From Gemmatales bacterium (lineage in GTDB: Bacteria; Planctomycetota; Planctomycetia; Gemmatales; HRBIN36), in contig JBEPZY010000005.1 of NCBI GenBank assembly GCA_041640595.1, positions 273,160 to 337,159 on the forward strand: a DNA stretch of 64,000 bases, written 5' to 3'. How positions within the stretch are numbered: the first letter of the stretch is position 1; each line of letters starts with the position of its first letter. Below the pieces are notes generated by a model. It made no database searches and was not told the origin of the DNA. It saw only the letters and a list, made by a program, of their open reading frames with translations. A program made the position numbers and the translations under genes. Positions 30,734 through 40,386 of the stretch are shown piece by piece.

Positions 30734-32497
30734 ATGAAATTGATTGGCTGGCAGTCCTCTCCCTTGCGGCTAATTGGGTTATGTGCCCTGGCGGCTTTGT
30801 TTTCGTGGGCTCCGTTACTGGCGGAGCAAGCTCAGCCAGGCTCGTCCGAGAAACCGGCTCAGGAAATTCCTTCGACCGCTGAGTCTGCAACCAGCGAGGC
30901 TCCGAAAATTGATGCCGGGGATACTGCCTGGATGATTACTGCCTCCGCGTTTGTCATGTTGATGGTGCCGGGACTGGCCCTTTTTTATGGTGGTATGGCT
31001 CGAAGCAAAAACATCCTGGGAACCATGATGCAAAGCATGGCCGCTTTGGCCGTCGTTGGTGTGTACTGGATTTGCCTGGGCTACTGTTTGGCTTTTGGAC
31101 ACAGCAAGGGCGGGCTTATTGGATTTAGCCGTGATTTGATCTGCCTGGCGGGAATCAAGCCGGACGAAGTTCTGCCCAACGGCACCATTCCGATTTATGT
31201 TCACGTGATGTTCCAGGGAATGTTTGCCATTATTACACCGGCACTTATCAGCGGAGCCATAGCTGAACGGGTGCGCTTCTGGCCGTACTGCTTGTTTTTG
31301 GTGTTATGGAGCACGTTTGTTTACTGCCCGCTGGCGCATTGGGTGTGGGGGATGAACTGGTTTGGCCCTGAGCCGACGCTGCGGGAAAGTGGAAAAGATG
31401 CGGTGGGTTGGCTCGGAAAAATGGGGGCTTTGGACTTCGCCGGTGGCACCGTGGTCCATATCGCTGCGGGTTTCTCTGGTCTGGCTGCCGCTTTAGTGCT
31501 TCGCAAGCGGATCGGCTATCCCGAACTGGCCATGCATCCGAGCAGCATGGTGCTGACGCTTTTTGGGGCCGGTCTATTGTGGTTTGGATGGTTCGGATTC
31601 AATGGCGGCAGTGGTTTAGCCAGCGGCAGCCTGGCTGGCTCTGCTTTTAGCGCTACACAAGCCGCCGCTGCTGCGGCCGGACTCAGCTGGATGCTGGCCG
31701 AGTGGATTCACAAAGGAAAAGCCACCGCCCTGGGTTTATCGTCCGGCATCGTGGCCGGTCTGGTGGCAGTTACGCCAGCTTCGGGATTCGTCACCATGTC
31801 GGGAGGCTTGATTATCGGCCTTCTGGCGGGAGTGATTTGCTACATCGCCGTCTCGCTCAAGCCCATGTTCGGGTATGATGATTCGCTGGACGCATTCGGC
31901 GTGCACGGCGTCGGCGGATTTCTCGGGGCACTGCTCACCGGCTGCTTGTGCACCAAGCTTGTCAATGCGAGCGTCCAAAACGAAGGCTTGTTCCTCGGTG
32001 GTGGCTTTACTCAGGTTGGCATCCAGTTGGAGGCGGCGGCAGTGGCAGCAGCTTACTCCTTCGTTGTCAGCCTGGTCTTAGTGAAAATCGTGGACCTCAT
32101 AGGCTTGACCACCGATCCCGAATCGGAAGTGGTCGGCTTAGACCGCACGGAACACGGCGAAGTGGGATTCTATCTCACCTCGGCCCTGGAAGAGCTTCCG
32201 CTGACGGGTGCTAAAGAACCTCGCCCGGCTACCCAGCCTCCTGACGGTGTGGGGCGGTTTTCTCTGGTGGTAGAGGGAGTTGAACCGCAGCGGCTGGCTG
32301 ATGCCTGGTCGGAACTTTGTCAGACCGGCACGGTTCCTTCTCCGGAATTCAAACGTGTCTATCCGTTCTTCACGACCATGCAGGCCAATCGCTTCCGTTT
32401 TCGTGGCGGCAATCCCGAAACCGTGCGCGAAAACCTGGAACGCCTGCTCCGCTCGAAACTCGGCGACGGTCAGATTCGGGTCCGCGTCGAAGCGTAG
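30734..32497 (+). CDS. amtB: Ammonium transporter AmtB with N-terminal signal and C-terminal extra domain
   Basis: PGLALFYGG, FQGMFAIITPALISGA, DFAGGTVVH, LWFGWFGFNGGS, DDSLDAFGVHG; GAGGAGG RBS. Confidence 0.95.
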   Translation: MKLIGWQSSPLRLIGLCALAALFSWAPLLAEQAQPGSSEKPAQEIPSTAESATSEAPKIDAGDTAWMITASAFVMLMVPGLALFYGGMARSKNILGTMMQSMAALAVVGVYWICLGYCLAFGHSKGGLIGFSRDLICLAGIKPDEVLPNGTIPIYVHVMFQGMFAIITPALISGAIAERVRFWPYCLFLVLWSTFVYCPLAHWVWGMNWFGPEPTLRESGKDAVGWLGKMGALDFAGGTVVHIAAGFSGLAAALVLRKRIGYPELAMHPSSMVLTLFGAGLLWFGWFGFNGGSGLASGSLAGSAFSATQAAAAAAGLSWMLAEWIHKGKATALGLSSGIVAGLVAVTPASGFVTMSGGLIIGLLAGVICYIAVSLKPMFGYDDSLDAFGVHGVGGFLGALLTGCLCTKLVNASVQNEGLFLGGGFTQVGIQLEAAAVAAAYSFVVSLVLVKIVDLIGLTTDPESEVVGLDRTEHGEVGFYLTSALEELPLTGAKEPRPATQPPDGVGRFSLVVEGVEPQRLADAWSELCQTGTVPSPEFKRVYPFFTTMQANRFRFRGGNPETVRENLERLLRSKLGDGQIRVRVEA

Positions 32498-32571
32498 GTG
32501 TTTTGAATAACCTCTAACTCATTAGCAGCGGTAGAGCTAGCGGAAATTTAGTCCTCGCAAGGGAGCCGAAG

Positions 32572-32925
32572 ATGAAACTTATTGTCGCAATCATCCGACC
32601 GGAAAAGCTGGACGAAGTGCAGCGAGCTTTGAATGAGCGGGATGTTTACCTCATGACGGTCAGCGACGTACGCGGTTGTGGCCGGCAACGGGGCTACACC
32701 GAAGTTTATCGCGGTACGGAGATGCAAATACGGCTGCTGCCGAAATTGAAACTCGAAATTGCGGTCAACGATGCATTCGTCGAGGCCACGATTGAAGCCA
32801 TCGTTCAGGCGGGCCGCACGGGCGAAACTGGAGCGATCGGCGACGGCAAGATTTTCGTATTGCCTCTGGAAGACTGCGTGCGCATCCGCACGGGCGAGCG
32901 AGGACCGCAGGCGATTGGGCCGTGA
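32572..32925 (+). CDS. glnK: Nitrogen regulatory protein P-II
   Basis: AIIRPEKL, GCGRQRG, EVYRG, RTG...IGDGKIFV, RIRTGE; adjacent to amtB. Confidence 0.93.
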   Translation: MKLIVAIIRPEKLDEVQRALNERDVYLMTVSDVRGCGRQRGYTEVYRGTEMQIRLLPKLKLEIAVNDAFVEATIEAIVQAGRTGETGAIGDGKIFVLPLEDCVRIRTGERGPQAIGP

Positions 32926-33343
32926 AGTTTTACTGTTCTTTGCAGAGGCTTGACGTACGGCGCCGGGCGCAGCACTATGAGCGCATGCTCAGTAAGCGAT
33001 AAAGGCAACCCGCGAGGCTGGCACTGTCTGGGCAAGGCGCTGTGAAGGTACGTAGTGCAGCAACGCTGTCCGAAAGGGGATAACCTCAGTTCTACCAGGT
33101 TGCGAATTGCCACGTTTGCCGTGCAGCCAACGCTGGCCTTGAGGGCACCGTGTTAGCGATTGGCAGAAGCCTTGGCGGCTCAGCCAGGTGCGTCTGTTAT
33201 CTAATTATTAGATGCGGTTAGGAAGCTGGCGGGTTGGAAAAGTGTAGCGGTCGGCTTATATCCCGTTGGACGCATATAATGCCAATGCAAAAGGCGATAT
33301 GCTGTGGAAGTATGACGCGACGATCATGGAGGTTAACCGAGTT

Positions 33344-34492
33344 ATGCCCGTAGCGCAGGAGAGCTTGCAGGAAGTGCTCGATCGCCATAGTGCAATTGGC
33401 GAGTTGTGGCGAATAGAGCAAGGGCGAGTTCGCTGTCTAGCCTGTGGTCATCGCTGCCTGATTGGTGAAAGCAAGCGCGGTATCTGCCGGGTGCGCTTCG
33501 TTCGCGACGGAAAATTGCAGGTACCGTTTGGCTACGTGGCAGCCTTGCAATGCGATCCGGTGGAGAAAAAGCCCTTTTTCCATGTTCTTCCCGGCAGCCG
33601 GGCCCTGACTTTCGGCATGCTCGGCTGTGACCTGCATTGTGCATACTGTCAAAACTGGCTCACCAGTCAGGCCCTGCGCGACCCGGCTGCGGGAACACCC
33701 ATTCACCCTGTTTCCGCGGAGCAATTGGTGGATCTCGCTGAAGAATGCCGGGCCCGATTGATCGTCTCCAGCTACAACGAGCCGCTGATCACCTCCGAAT
33801 GGGCGTCGGCAGTATTTCGTCTCGGCACGGCGCGGGGATTTTTGTGTGCGTATGTATCCAACGGCAACGCTACACCGGAGGTCCTGGATTATCTGCGTCC
33901 CTATGTCGCCGCTTACAAAGTTGACCTGAAGACCTTTCAGGATCGCCATTATCGCCAACTTGGCGGCACACTGGAACGTGTCCTGGAAACGCTGCGGGGG
34001 TTGGTCACCCGAGGTTTCTGGGTGGAGGTGGTGACGCTGCTCGTGCCTGGCTTCAATGATTCCCGGGAGGAACTGCGGGATATCGCCCGGTTTCTGGTCA
34101 CGCTGAATCCGAGCATACCCTGGCATGTGACCGCGTTTCATCCCGATTACAAGATGCAGGACCGGGATGGAACCACGGTGGTACAACTGCGTCAAGCGGC
34201 CGAAATTGGCGTCGAGGCGGGCCTGCGATTTGTCTATGCGGGTAATCTACCCGGCCAGGTTGATCCCTGGGAAGACACACGCTGTCCGCAGTGCCGCACC
34301 ACCTTGATTCGCCGATATGGTTTTCGTGTGCTGGAGAATCGGCTCACAGATCGCGGTCATTGTCCTGAGTGTGGTCAGGCGATTCCGGGCATCTGGTGCT
34401 GGCCCGTTGGACAGGTAAATGGTCAAGCCACCAAGGTTCCTGATTCAGGAGCGGATTATGTTTCGGCGGGAAGTCGAGATTCACTGCGATAA
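33344..34492 (+). CDS. amrS: AmmeMemoRadiSam system radical SAM enzyme
   Basis: CLACGHRC...GICRVR, DPVEKKPFFH, GCDLHCAYCQNW, SYNEP, AFHPDY, C-terminal CxxC pairs. Confidence 0.88.
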   Translation: MPVAQESLQEVLDRHSAIGELWRIEQGRVRCLACGHRCLIGESKRGICRVRFVRDGKLQVPFGYVAALQCDPVEKKPFFHVLPGSRALTFGMLGCDLHCAYCQNWLTSQALRDPAAGTPIHPVSAEQLVDLAEECRARLIVSSYNEPLITSEWASAVFRLGTARGFLCAYVSNGNATPEVLDYLRPYVAAYKVDLKTFQDRHYRQLGGTLERVLETLRGLVTRGFWVEVVTLLVPGFNDSREELRDIARFLVTLNPSIPWHVTAFHPDYKMQDRDGTTVVQLRQAAEIGVEAGLRFVYAGNLPGQVDPWEDTRCPQCRTTLIRRYGFRVLENRLTDRGHCPECGQAIPGIWCWPVGQVNGQATKVPDSGADYVSAGSRDSLR

Positions 34493-35093
34493 TGTCCGGG
34501 TGGCGGGAGAAATTACCGTGCCCGAAGCGGCAGCGGGCGTGGTAGTTTTCGCCCATGGCAGTGGGAGCAGCCGCTTCAGCCCGCGCAATCAGTACGTCGC
34601 TGGAGTATTGCAAACTGCGGGACTGGCTACACTGTTGCTCGATCTGCTGACCGAAATGGAAGCGCAGGATCGGCAAAAGGTTTTTGACGTGGTCTTACTG
34701 GCGCGGCGATTACGGGCTGCAAAAGCCTGGCTGGCGGAGCAACCGCAGACCAATCAGCTGGCCTGCGGTTATTTCGGTGCCAGCACCGGAGCGGCTGCTG
34801 CACTGATTGCCGCTGCCCAGGAACCGACCGGTGTGCGAGCGATAGTTTCGCGTGGTGGCCGACCTGACCTGGCCAGCGATTACCTGCCTCTGGTGCAGGC
34901 ACCAACTTTGCTCATCGTGGGCGAACGGGATGAGGTCGTGCTCGAACTCAATAAACAGGCGGCTCAGCGCTTGCGTTGCCCCTATGAGATATACGTCGTT
35001 CCTGGAGCAACCCACCTGTTTCCCGAACCGGGGGCGCTGGAAAAAGTAGCCGAACTGTCGCGTGATTGGTTCTTGCGGCATTTCCAATCCTGA
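34458..35093 (+). CDS. Alpha/beta hydrolase (dienelactone hydrolase-like)
   Basis: FAHGSGSSRFSPRN, GYFGASTG, SRGGRPDL, GATHLF. Confidence 0.88.
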   Translation: MFRREVEIHCDNVRVAGEITVPEAAAGVVVFAHGSGSSRFSPRNQYVAGVLQTAGLATLLLDLLTEMEAQDRQKVFDVVLLARRLRAAKAWLAEQPQTNQLACGYFGASTGAAAALIAAAQEPTGVRAIVSRGGRPDLASDYLPLVQAPTLLIVGERDEVVLELNKQAAQRLRCPYEIYVVPGATHLFPEPGALEKVAELSRDWFLRHFQS

Positions 35094-35394
35094 AATAAGC
35101 TGGGCAGTTCGTGCTTCCCCCAGCCGGAGCTGACAGCGTTGCTGAGAATAATGCCACCACGACCAATCGCTCGCCAAACTGGCCTAGGCGTCCCGCTCAA
35201 ATCCTGGCATACAACCAGTTGTGGGCTCCAACTTACGCTCCGCGCGATTTTTGACTTCCAGTTGCCTGGTAGCACTGCGCCTGATGCATGCTCCTGCGAG
35301 GACAATTTCCGACCCATCGCGCAACTTCGGGGCGATTGGAAGGCTTCCGATCACTTGCCGAGGCTAACGTATCCGACTTTTCATGGTGAAATAG

Positions 35395-36459
35395 ATGCCG
35401 GCCGAGCGACAGACTTTTCCGAACGGAAGCGCAGACCGCGAGCCTGCCACGTCGCATTTGCCGCTGTACTGGCTGAAGTGGCTCGGCGTCCTGGTGATGC
35501 TGGCGCTGACGGCATGTTGCGGTTTGTGGGTGCATCACACTTTTCTCGGCACTAATTTCCACGCAGTTGTGCCGGGCAAGATTTACCGGAGTGCCCAGCT
35601 GGAGGCGGAAACTTTAGCGGAGATCGTTCGACGTTATGGTCTGCGTAGCGTCATCAACCTCCGCGGGTGCTGCCCGGAGTTTGACTGGTACCAGCAGGAA
35701 CGCCAGACCCTGCAAAGCTTGAACGTGCGGCAGTACGACATCCGCTTTTCTTACCGAGCTCCGCCACCGGTGCCGGAACTTAGAAATTTAGTTCGGGTGT
35801 TATCGGACTGCGAAAGACCGGTGCTGCTCCATTGCCGACGCGGTGCTGACCGAACGGGACTAGCTTCGGCCATCGCACTGATATGCGAAAACGAGAGTTT
35901 GGAGGTTGCTCGGAAACAATTGTCGCCTTTTTATGGCTGGTTTCCTGCAGGTGGCCCCGAGCGATTGGCCGAGGTGCTCGACTGGTACGCGGACTGGCTG
36001 AAAAAATTGCAGCTTGCGTCAAGCCGCGAAGTTTTTGCTCTCTGGGTTGAGGAACACTATAAACCGGGACATCTCTGGGCCGAACTTGAACCACTTTCCG
36101 TTCCCGATCGCTGGCGAGTAGGGGAGACGGTAGCGGCGCGATTCCGAGTACACAATCGCAGTGATTTTTGCTGGCGGTTCCGCATTACGCCGCGTGTCGG
36201 TGTGCATCTGCGAGCCTGGCTGTTACCGGGGGACATAGAAGTGCGTGACCCGGCGGAGTTGGCTGGTTTGCCCAGCGATGCGGCGGGGTTCTTCAACACG
36301 ACCGTCGCTCCGGGGGAAAGCCTGGAGATAACGTTACCGCTACCGCGTTCCGATCGGGCCGGAAAGTTCGTGCTGCTTGTGGATTTGGTGGATGCACACG
36401 ATGGGCCTTTTGGCGTTTATGGCTCGCCCACTTTTCGTCGCTGGGTAACTGTGGAGTAA
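35395..36459 (+). CDS. Membrane-anchored tyrosine/dual-specificity phosphatase family protein with C-terminal Ig-like region
   Basis: NFHAVVPGKIYRSAQ, INLRG, active site HCRRGADRTG; N-terminal TM. Confidence 0.85.
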   Translation: MPAERQTFPNGSADREPATSHLPLYWLKWLGVLVMLALTACCGLWVHHTFLGTNFHAVVPGKIYRSAQLEAETLAEIVRRYGLRSVINLRGCCPEFDWYQQERQTLQSLNVRQYDIRFSYRAPPPVPELRNLVRVLSDCERPVLLHCRRGADRTGLASAIALICENESLEVARKQLSPFYGWFPAGGPERLAEVLDWYADWLKKLQLASSREVFALWVEEHYKPGHLWAELEPLSVPDRWRVGETVAARFRVHNRSDFCWRFRITPRVGVHLRAWLLPGDIEVRDPAELAGLPSDAAGFFNTTVAPGESLEITLPLPRSDRAGKFVLLVDLVDAHDGPFGVYGSPTFRRWVTVE

Positions 36460-36505
36460 TGCCCACAAATGATTGCGCACATTCCTGGGCCAGGCGGGTG
36501 CGAAT

Positions 36506-37570
36506 ATGTCAATGTCGCATAAGGAATCGATATCGCTGAGCCGGTGGATCAAGTTGCTCGGTCGCTGTCTGGTGGCGTTGGGTCTATTGGGCTGGCTTTT
36601 ATCGGGCCAGCGCGGGTATCAGGTCTGGCAGATGCTGGCGCAGCTGCAAACTGTCCCGTTTTTGACGGCCTGCTTGCTTTACGGTCTGGCGCAGGTGCTG
36701 AGTAGCTGGCGGTGGCAGTGGTTGGCCCGCACGGTGACGATCGAGGCACGCTTGAGCTGGTTAGTGCGGCTGTATTTTGTCGGCATGTTTTTCAATCTGT
36801 TTTTGCCGACATCCATGGGCGGCGATTTTGTGCGCAGCTGGCTCTTAGCCCGTCGGACTCAGCGGCATGAACTGCGTCATGCGGTGCTGAGTGTCCTGAG
36901 CGAGCGGCTCAACGGACTCATCGCGCTATTGGTACTGGGATGCCTGGCCAGTTTGTCGGTGGTCGGTCGCTTACCACTCTGGCAGGTAGCAGTCATGTGG
37001 AGCCTGGTACTTAGCAGCATTCTGCTGCTGGTTCTCTTGCCGATCCTGGGGAAACGGTTGGTTCGCCTGGCCAGTCTGGCCCAGGCCCTGAGCATCTCCG
37101 CCCAACAACTGCCGGTCTGGTGGCGGGCGTTTCTGGTATCGCTGCTGGTGCAGCTGGCGGCGGTCGTTCAGGTTTGGCTGGTGGCTAACGCTTTGCACCT
37201 GCATATATCGCTGGCGGTGTTGGCGGTTGTAGTGCCCCTGGTGACCGTAGCCAGTCTGATCCCGGTCAGCATTGCCGGACTGGGATTGCGAGAAGGGACT
37301 TTGATGCTATTGTTAGGGCCGCTGGGTGTGTCGGCGACGGAAGCGGTTTCCCTGGGTCTGGGCTGGCTGGCCATGCAAGGGGTAACCAGTCTGGTCGGCC
37401 TACCACTCTGGCTCACCCTGCCGGAAACCGCATCGCTATCCTCCCAGACAAGCCCTTCTGGCGAACATTCCCAGGGCAGTCGGGCATTCAGGCACGGAGA
37501 ATTCACTCATGGACGTCTCGGTGGTGATTCCCATCAAGGACGAGAAGGACAATCTGCCGTTGCTGCATGA
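36506..37570 (+). CDS. Lysylphosphatidylglycerol synthase TM-domain (UPF0104, flippase-like) protein
   Basis: RW...FFNLFLPTSMGGD...ER...IPVSIAGLGLRE. Confidence 0.87.
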   Translation: MSMSHKESISLSRWIKLLGRCLVALGLLGWLLSGQRGYQVWQMLAQLQTVPFLTACLLYGLAQVLSSWRWQWLARTVTIEARLSWLVRLYFVGMFFNLFLPTSMGGDFVRSWLLARRTQRHELRHAVLSVLSERLNGLIALLVLGCLASLSVVGRLPLWQVAVMWSLVLSSILLLVLLPILGKRLVRLASLAQALSISAQQLPVWWRAFLVSLLVQLAAVVQVWLVANALHLHISLAVLAVVVPLVTVASLIPVSIAGLGLREGTLMLLLGPLGVSATEAVSLGLGWLAMQGVTSLVGLPLWLTLPETASLSSQTSPSGEHSQGSRAFRHGEFTHGRLGGDSHQGREGQSAVAA

Positions 37571-38483
37571 CCAATTGCTGCGCGCCCTGGAACCGACCGG
37601 CTGGCAATTTGAGCTGATTTTTGTGGACGACGGCAGTACCGACGGCTCGAGCGAAGTTCTGGAACAGCTGGCGTTACAGGATGCCCGAGTCAAAGTGGTG
37701 CAGTTGACCAGAAACTTTGGCCAGACACCTGCTATGCGGGCCGGGATCGATCATGCTCTGGGCGAGATTGTGGTTACTATGGACGGCGACCTGCAGAACG
37801 ATCCTGCAGACATTCCTGTGCTGGTTGGCTATCTTCGGGAAGGTTATGACGTGGTTTTAGGCTGGCGGAAAGAGCGGCAGGATGCCCTGCTGGTCCGCAA
37901 AATTCCCAGCTGGATCGCCAATTGGCTGATTCGGCGGGTAACCCATTCCAGCGTTCGTGACCTGGGTTGCACCCTCCGGGCTATGCGTCGTGAAATTGCC
38001 CTGGAGTTGCCTCAATACGGCGAGATGCACCGATTTATTTCTGTGCTGCTGCAAAATAGTGGCTACCGCATCCTGCAGGTTCCGGTTCGCCATCATCCTC
38101 GCCGATTCGGGCAGACCAAATATTCTCTGACACGGACCGTGCGCGTGCTGCTGGACTTGATCACCGTGCGGTTTCTGCAAGCGTATCTGACCCGACCGAT
38201 GCACGTGTTTGGGCTCAGTGGCATGCTGTGCATGGTCGGGAGCTTCGTCAGCCTGAGCGTGGCGTTATTGCAGAAGCTCGTCTGGGCAGAACGGCTCAAC
38301 CGCAACCCGCTCGTTCTGCTGAGTGTATTGCTCGTGGTAGTGGGAGTGCAATTTATCTCGCTGGGGCTGATCGGCGAAGTGCTGACACGCACTTATTTCG
38401 AAAGCCAGGGAAAAACCGCTTACCGCGTGCGGCGGACAATCAACATAGCAACGGTTCCGAGCAGTCGGGCTCGCGCTGCCTGA
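37509..38483 (+). CDS. Glycosyltransferase family 2 (polyprenol-phosphate glycosyltransferase-like)
   Basis: SVVIP, VDDGSTDGS, RNFGQ, MDGDLQNDP, two C-terminal TMs. Confidence 0.92.
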   Translation: MDVSVVIPIKDEKDNLPLLHDQLLRALEPTGWQFELIFVDDGSTDGSSEVLEQLALQDARVKVVQLTRNFGQTPAMRAGIDHALGEIVVTMDGDLQNDPADIPVLVGYLREGYDVVLGWRKERQDALLVRKIPSWIANWLIRRVTHSSVRDLGCTLRAMRREIALELPQYGEMHRFISVLLQNSGYRILQVPVRHHPRRFGQTKYSLTRTVRVLLDLITVRFLQAYLTRPMHVFGLSGMLCMVGSFVSLSVALLQKLVWAERLNRNPLVLLSVLLVVVGVQFISLGLIGEVLTRTYFESQGKTAYRVRRTINIATVPSSRARAA

Positions 38484-38548
38484 GCTGTTTCGGGCTCGCG
38501 CTGGTTGAGCGGACGCAGACCGGCAAGAAAAATTTTTGCCGTTTTTTG

Positions 38549-38577
38549 GTGGACATTAGCTTTGTTGGGGAATAAAA
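38549..38577 (+). promoter_or_regulatory. Possible sigma70-like promoter for the lipoprotein array
   Basis: TGGACA-N17-TAAAAG preceded by an A/T-rich tract. Confidence 0.35.
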
Positions 38578-38674
38578 GATACGCATCAGGCATCTAGTCT
38601 ATGGACGCGCAAACCCGGCCCGGGTAGCGTGTCTGGAGTATCCCAGGGCAACACGCGAAAGGACAGGTGCAACC

Positions 38675-39007
38675 ATGAAGAAACTGCTGGCATGCTTGAT
38701 CGCGGGAGTGCTGGTATTCGGACTCGGCTGCCGCAGTGGCGAAGCTACTAAGCCGTCGCCCGCTAAGGACAAAGGCACACCAGGCAAACCAGAACCGCCC
38801 AAGACCGAACCCAAGCCTACGCCAACGCAAACGAAGCCGAAAGAAGAACCGAAGTCTCCGGACAAGAAAGAACCGGAACCTAAGAAGGAACCAGAGCCTA
38901 AGAAGCAACCAGAACCTAAGTCCGAGGACAAGAAGCCTCCAGAGAAGAAGCCCGAAGGCGAGAAGAAGCCTGGCGATGAAAAGAAGGCTAACGGAGAAAA
39001 GAAGTAG
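38675..39007 (+). CDS. Small lipoprotein, Pro/Lys/Glu-rich (110 aa)
   Basis: MKKLLACLIAGVLVFGLG-C lipobox; KKEPEP repeats; AGG RBS. Confidence 0.85.
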   Translation: MKKLLACLIAGVLVFGLGCRSGEATKPSPAKDKGTPGKPEPPKTEPKPTPTQTKPKEEPKSPDKKEPEPKKEPEPKKQPEPKSEDKKPPEKKPEGEKKPGDEKKANGEKK

Positions 39008-39151
39008 GACTGACCTCACATAATGCGAACCTGTGCAAAGCTGCACAAACGGGCTTCGCGCAATTGCTGACTTTCGCAGGACATTTGCCGGCGGAGTGGT
39101 TCCGCAGGCAACACATAGATTGGGAACCATCAAAAACGAAAGGAGCAGACC

Positions 39152-39295
39152 ATGAAGAAACTGCTGAGCGCTTTGCTGGTGGCATTGCTGGGCTTGGCCA
39201 TCATTGGCTGCGGTGGCGGTGAAAGCAAGCCAGCCGGTGGTGGCGGTGGCGGCGGTGGTGGCGGCACCCCCGGCGCTAAACCGGCCGGGAAGTGA
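39152..39295 (+). CDS. Tiny lipoprotein (47 aa), poly-Gly
   Basis: AAGGAG RBS; MKKLLSALLVALLGLAIIG-CGGGESKPAGGGGGGGGGGTPGAKPAGK. Below the ORF-track cutoff. Confidence 0.8.
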   Translation: MKKLLSALLVALLGLAIIGCGGGESKPAGGGGGGGGGGTPGAKPAGK

Positions 39296-39378
39296 CAGTT
39301 GCCTAGTCTAATTCCTGCCTTGTGAGTGGTCATGCCTGAACGACCGAGCAAACTTTTGGCCGAATGGAGCTCAAAGCC

Positions 39379-39543
39379 ATGCGCACGATTATTACTGCAG
39401 TGCTACTCGCAACATTGACGATTGCTGGCTTGGGCTGCGGCGGTGGAAGCAAGCCACCTGCTCCTACTGGTGGAGGTGGTACTGCTGCCGGCACGGAGAA
39501 TACAGGCCCGCCGGGCATCACTCCGAGTTATCCCAAACCGTAG
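39379..39543 (+). CDS. Tiny lipoprotein (54 aa)
   Basis: GGAG RBS; MRTIITAVLLATLTIAGLG-CGGGSKPPAPTGGGGTAAGTENTGPPGITPSYPKP. Confidence 0.78.
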   Translation: MRTIITAVLLATLTIAGLGCGGGSKPPAPTGGGGTAAGTENTGPPGITPSYPKP

Positions 39544-39696
39544 CCGGAATTGTGCTCGATTCGTCTCGGTCTCCCGATGTGGCCATCGGAAGGTGCTGAA
39601 CTCGTGGGCACTGGATGGCCACTCCTTGCAATAGTGGTGCCGCAAACTGGTCCTTCCGACTGCTCCGAAAGATGATTTCCCAGGAGGGAGTGTGCT

Positions 39697-39837
39697 ATGA
39701 AATATTGGCTAACGGCAATTTTAGTTGTGCTGATGTGCTGGGCTTTGGTCGGATGCGGTGGTGACAGTGGCAAACCACCACCTCCGGCGCCTGGTGGTGG
39801 CACACCTGCAACCCCAGGTACCAGTGCTACCGGATAA
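39697..39837 (+). CDS. Tiny lipoprotein (46 aa)
   Basis: AGGAGG RBS; MKYWLTAILVVLMCWALVG-CGGDSGKPPPPAPGGGTPATPGTSATG. Confidence 0.8.
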   Translation: MKYWLTAILVVLMCWALVGCGGDSGKPPPPAPGGGTPATPGTSATG

Positions 39838-40386
39838 GCGGGTCTCGCAACTGCCTGCACCAGGATTGAGAAATTCGCTTTTGCATTGCCGGGGCTGTGC
39901 TCTGCCGTGGATTAGCTAAGTGCCTCAGACAGGTGGAGCCGAAGACGTTCGACTTCACCTGAACCAAGTATGCGATAAGCAGAGCGCACGCCCCGGCTTG
40001 TCTATTTTGAGCCACGTGTATTATGCCGCTCGAATTTGGTCATCGGCGACAGATTCGTGCTTTACAGAAACGAGCATCCTCTGCGAGCGGGTTTCAATCC
40101 CACTGGTAACTCGGAAACAGGCTTGCTGTTTTTGTATTCGGCCTATTCTGCTGCACAAGCAAATGTTCAAACCTTGTCCCGTCCGGCCTTTTGCGGTCTT
40201 AGTGTTTTTGCTTAGCTGTGGAAAATTGCTTAGGGCTAGCTTCCGCGAACTGTGCTGCTTGGGGCACGAGTGTTGTGCTTATTATGACGTAAATTTCGCT
40301 GCTTGCACTATGTCCCTGGGAGAACATTGCCAGGAGTCGTAGGATAATTCCACAGGAAATTGATGAGGATCAAGGAGGCGAGGACG

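Noticed and set aside
39130..39860. Minus-strand poly-Pro ORFs listed in the ORF track
   Set aside because: Antisense shadows of the Gly-rich plus-strand mini-lipoproteins.
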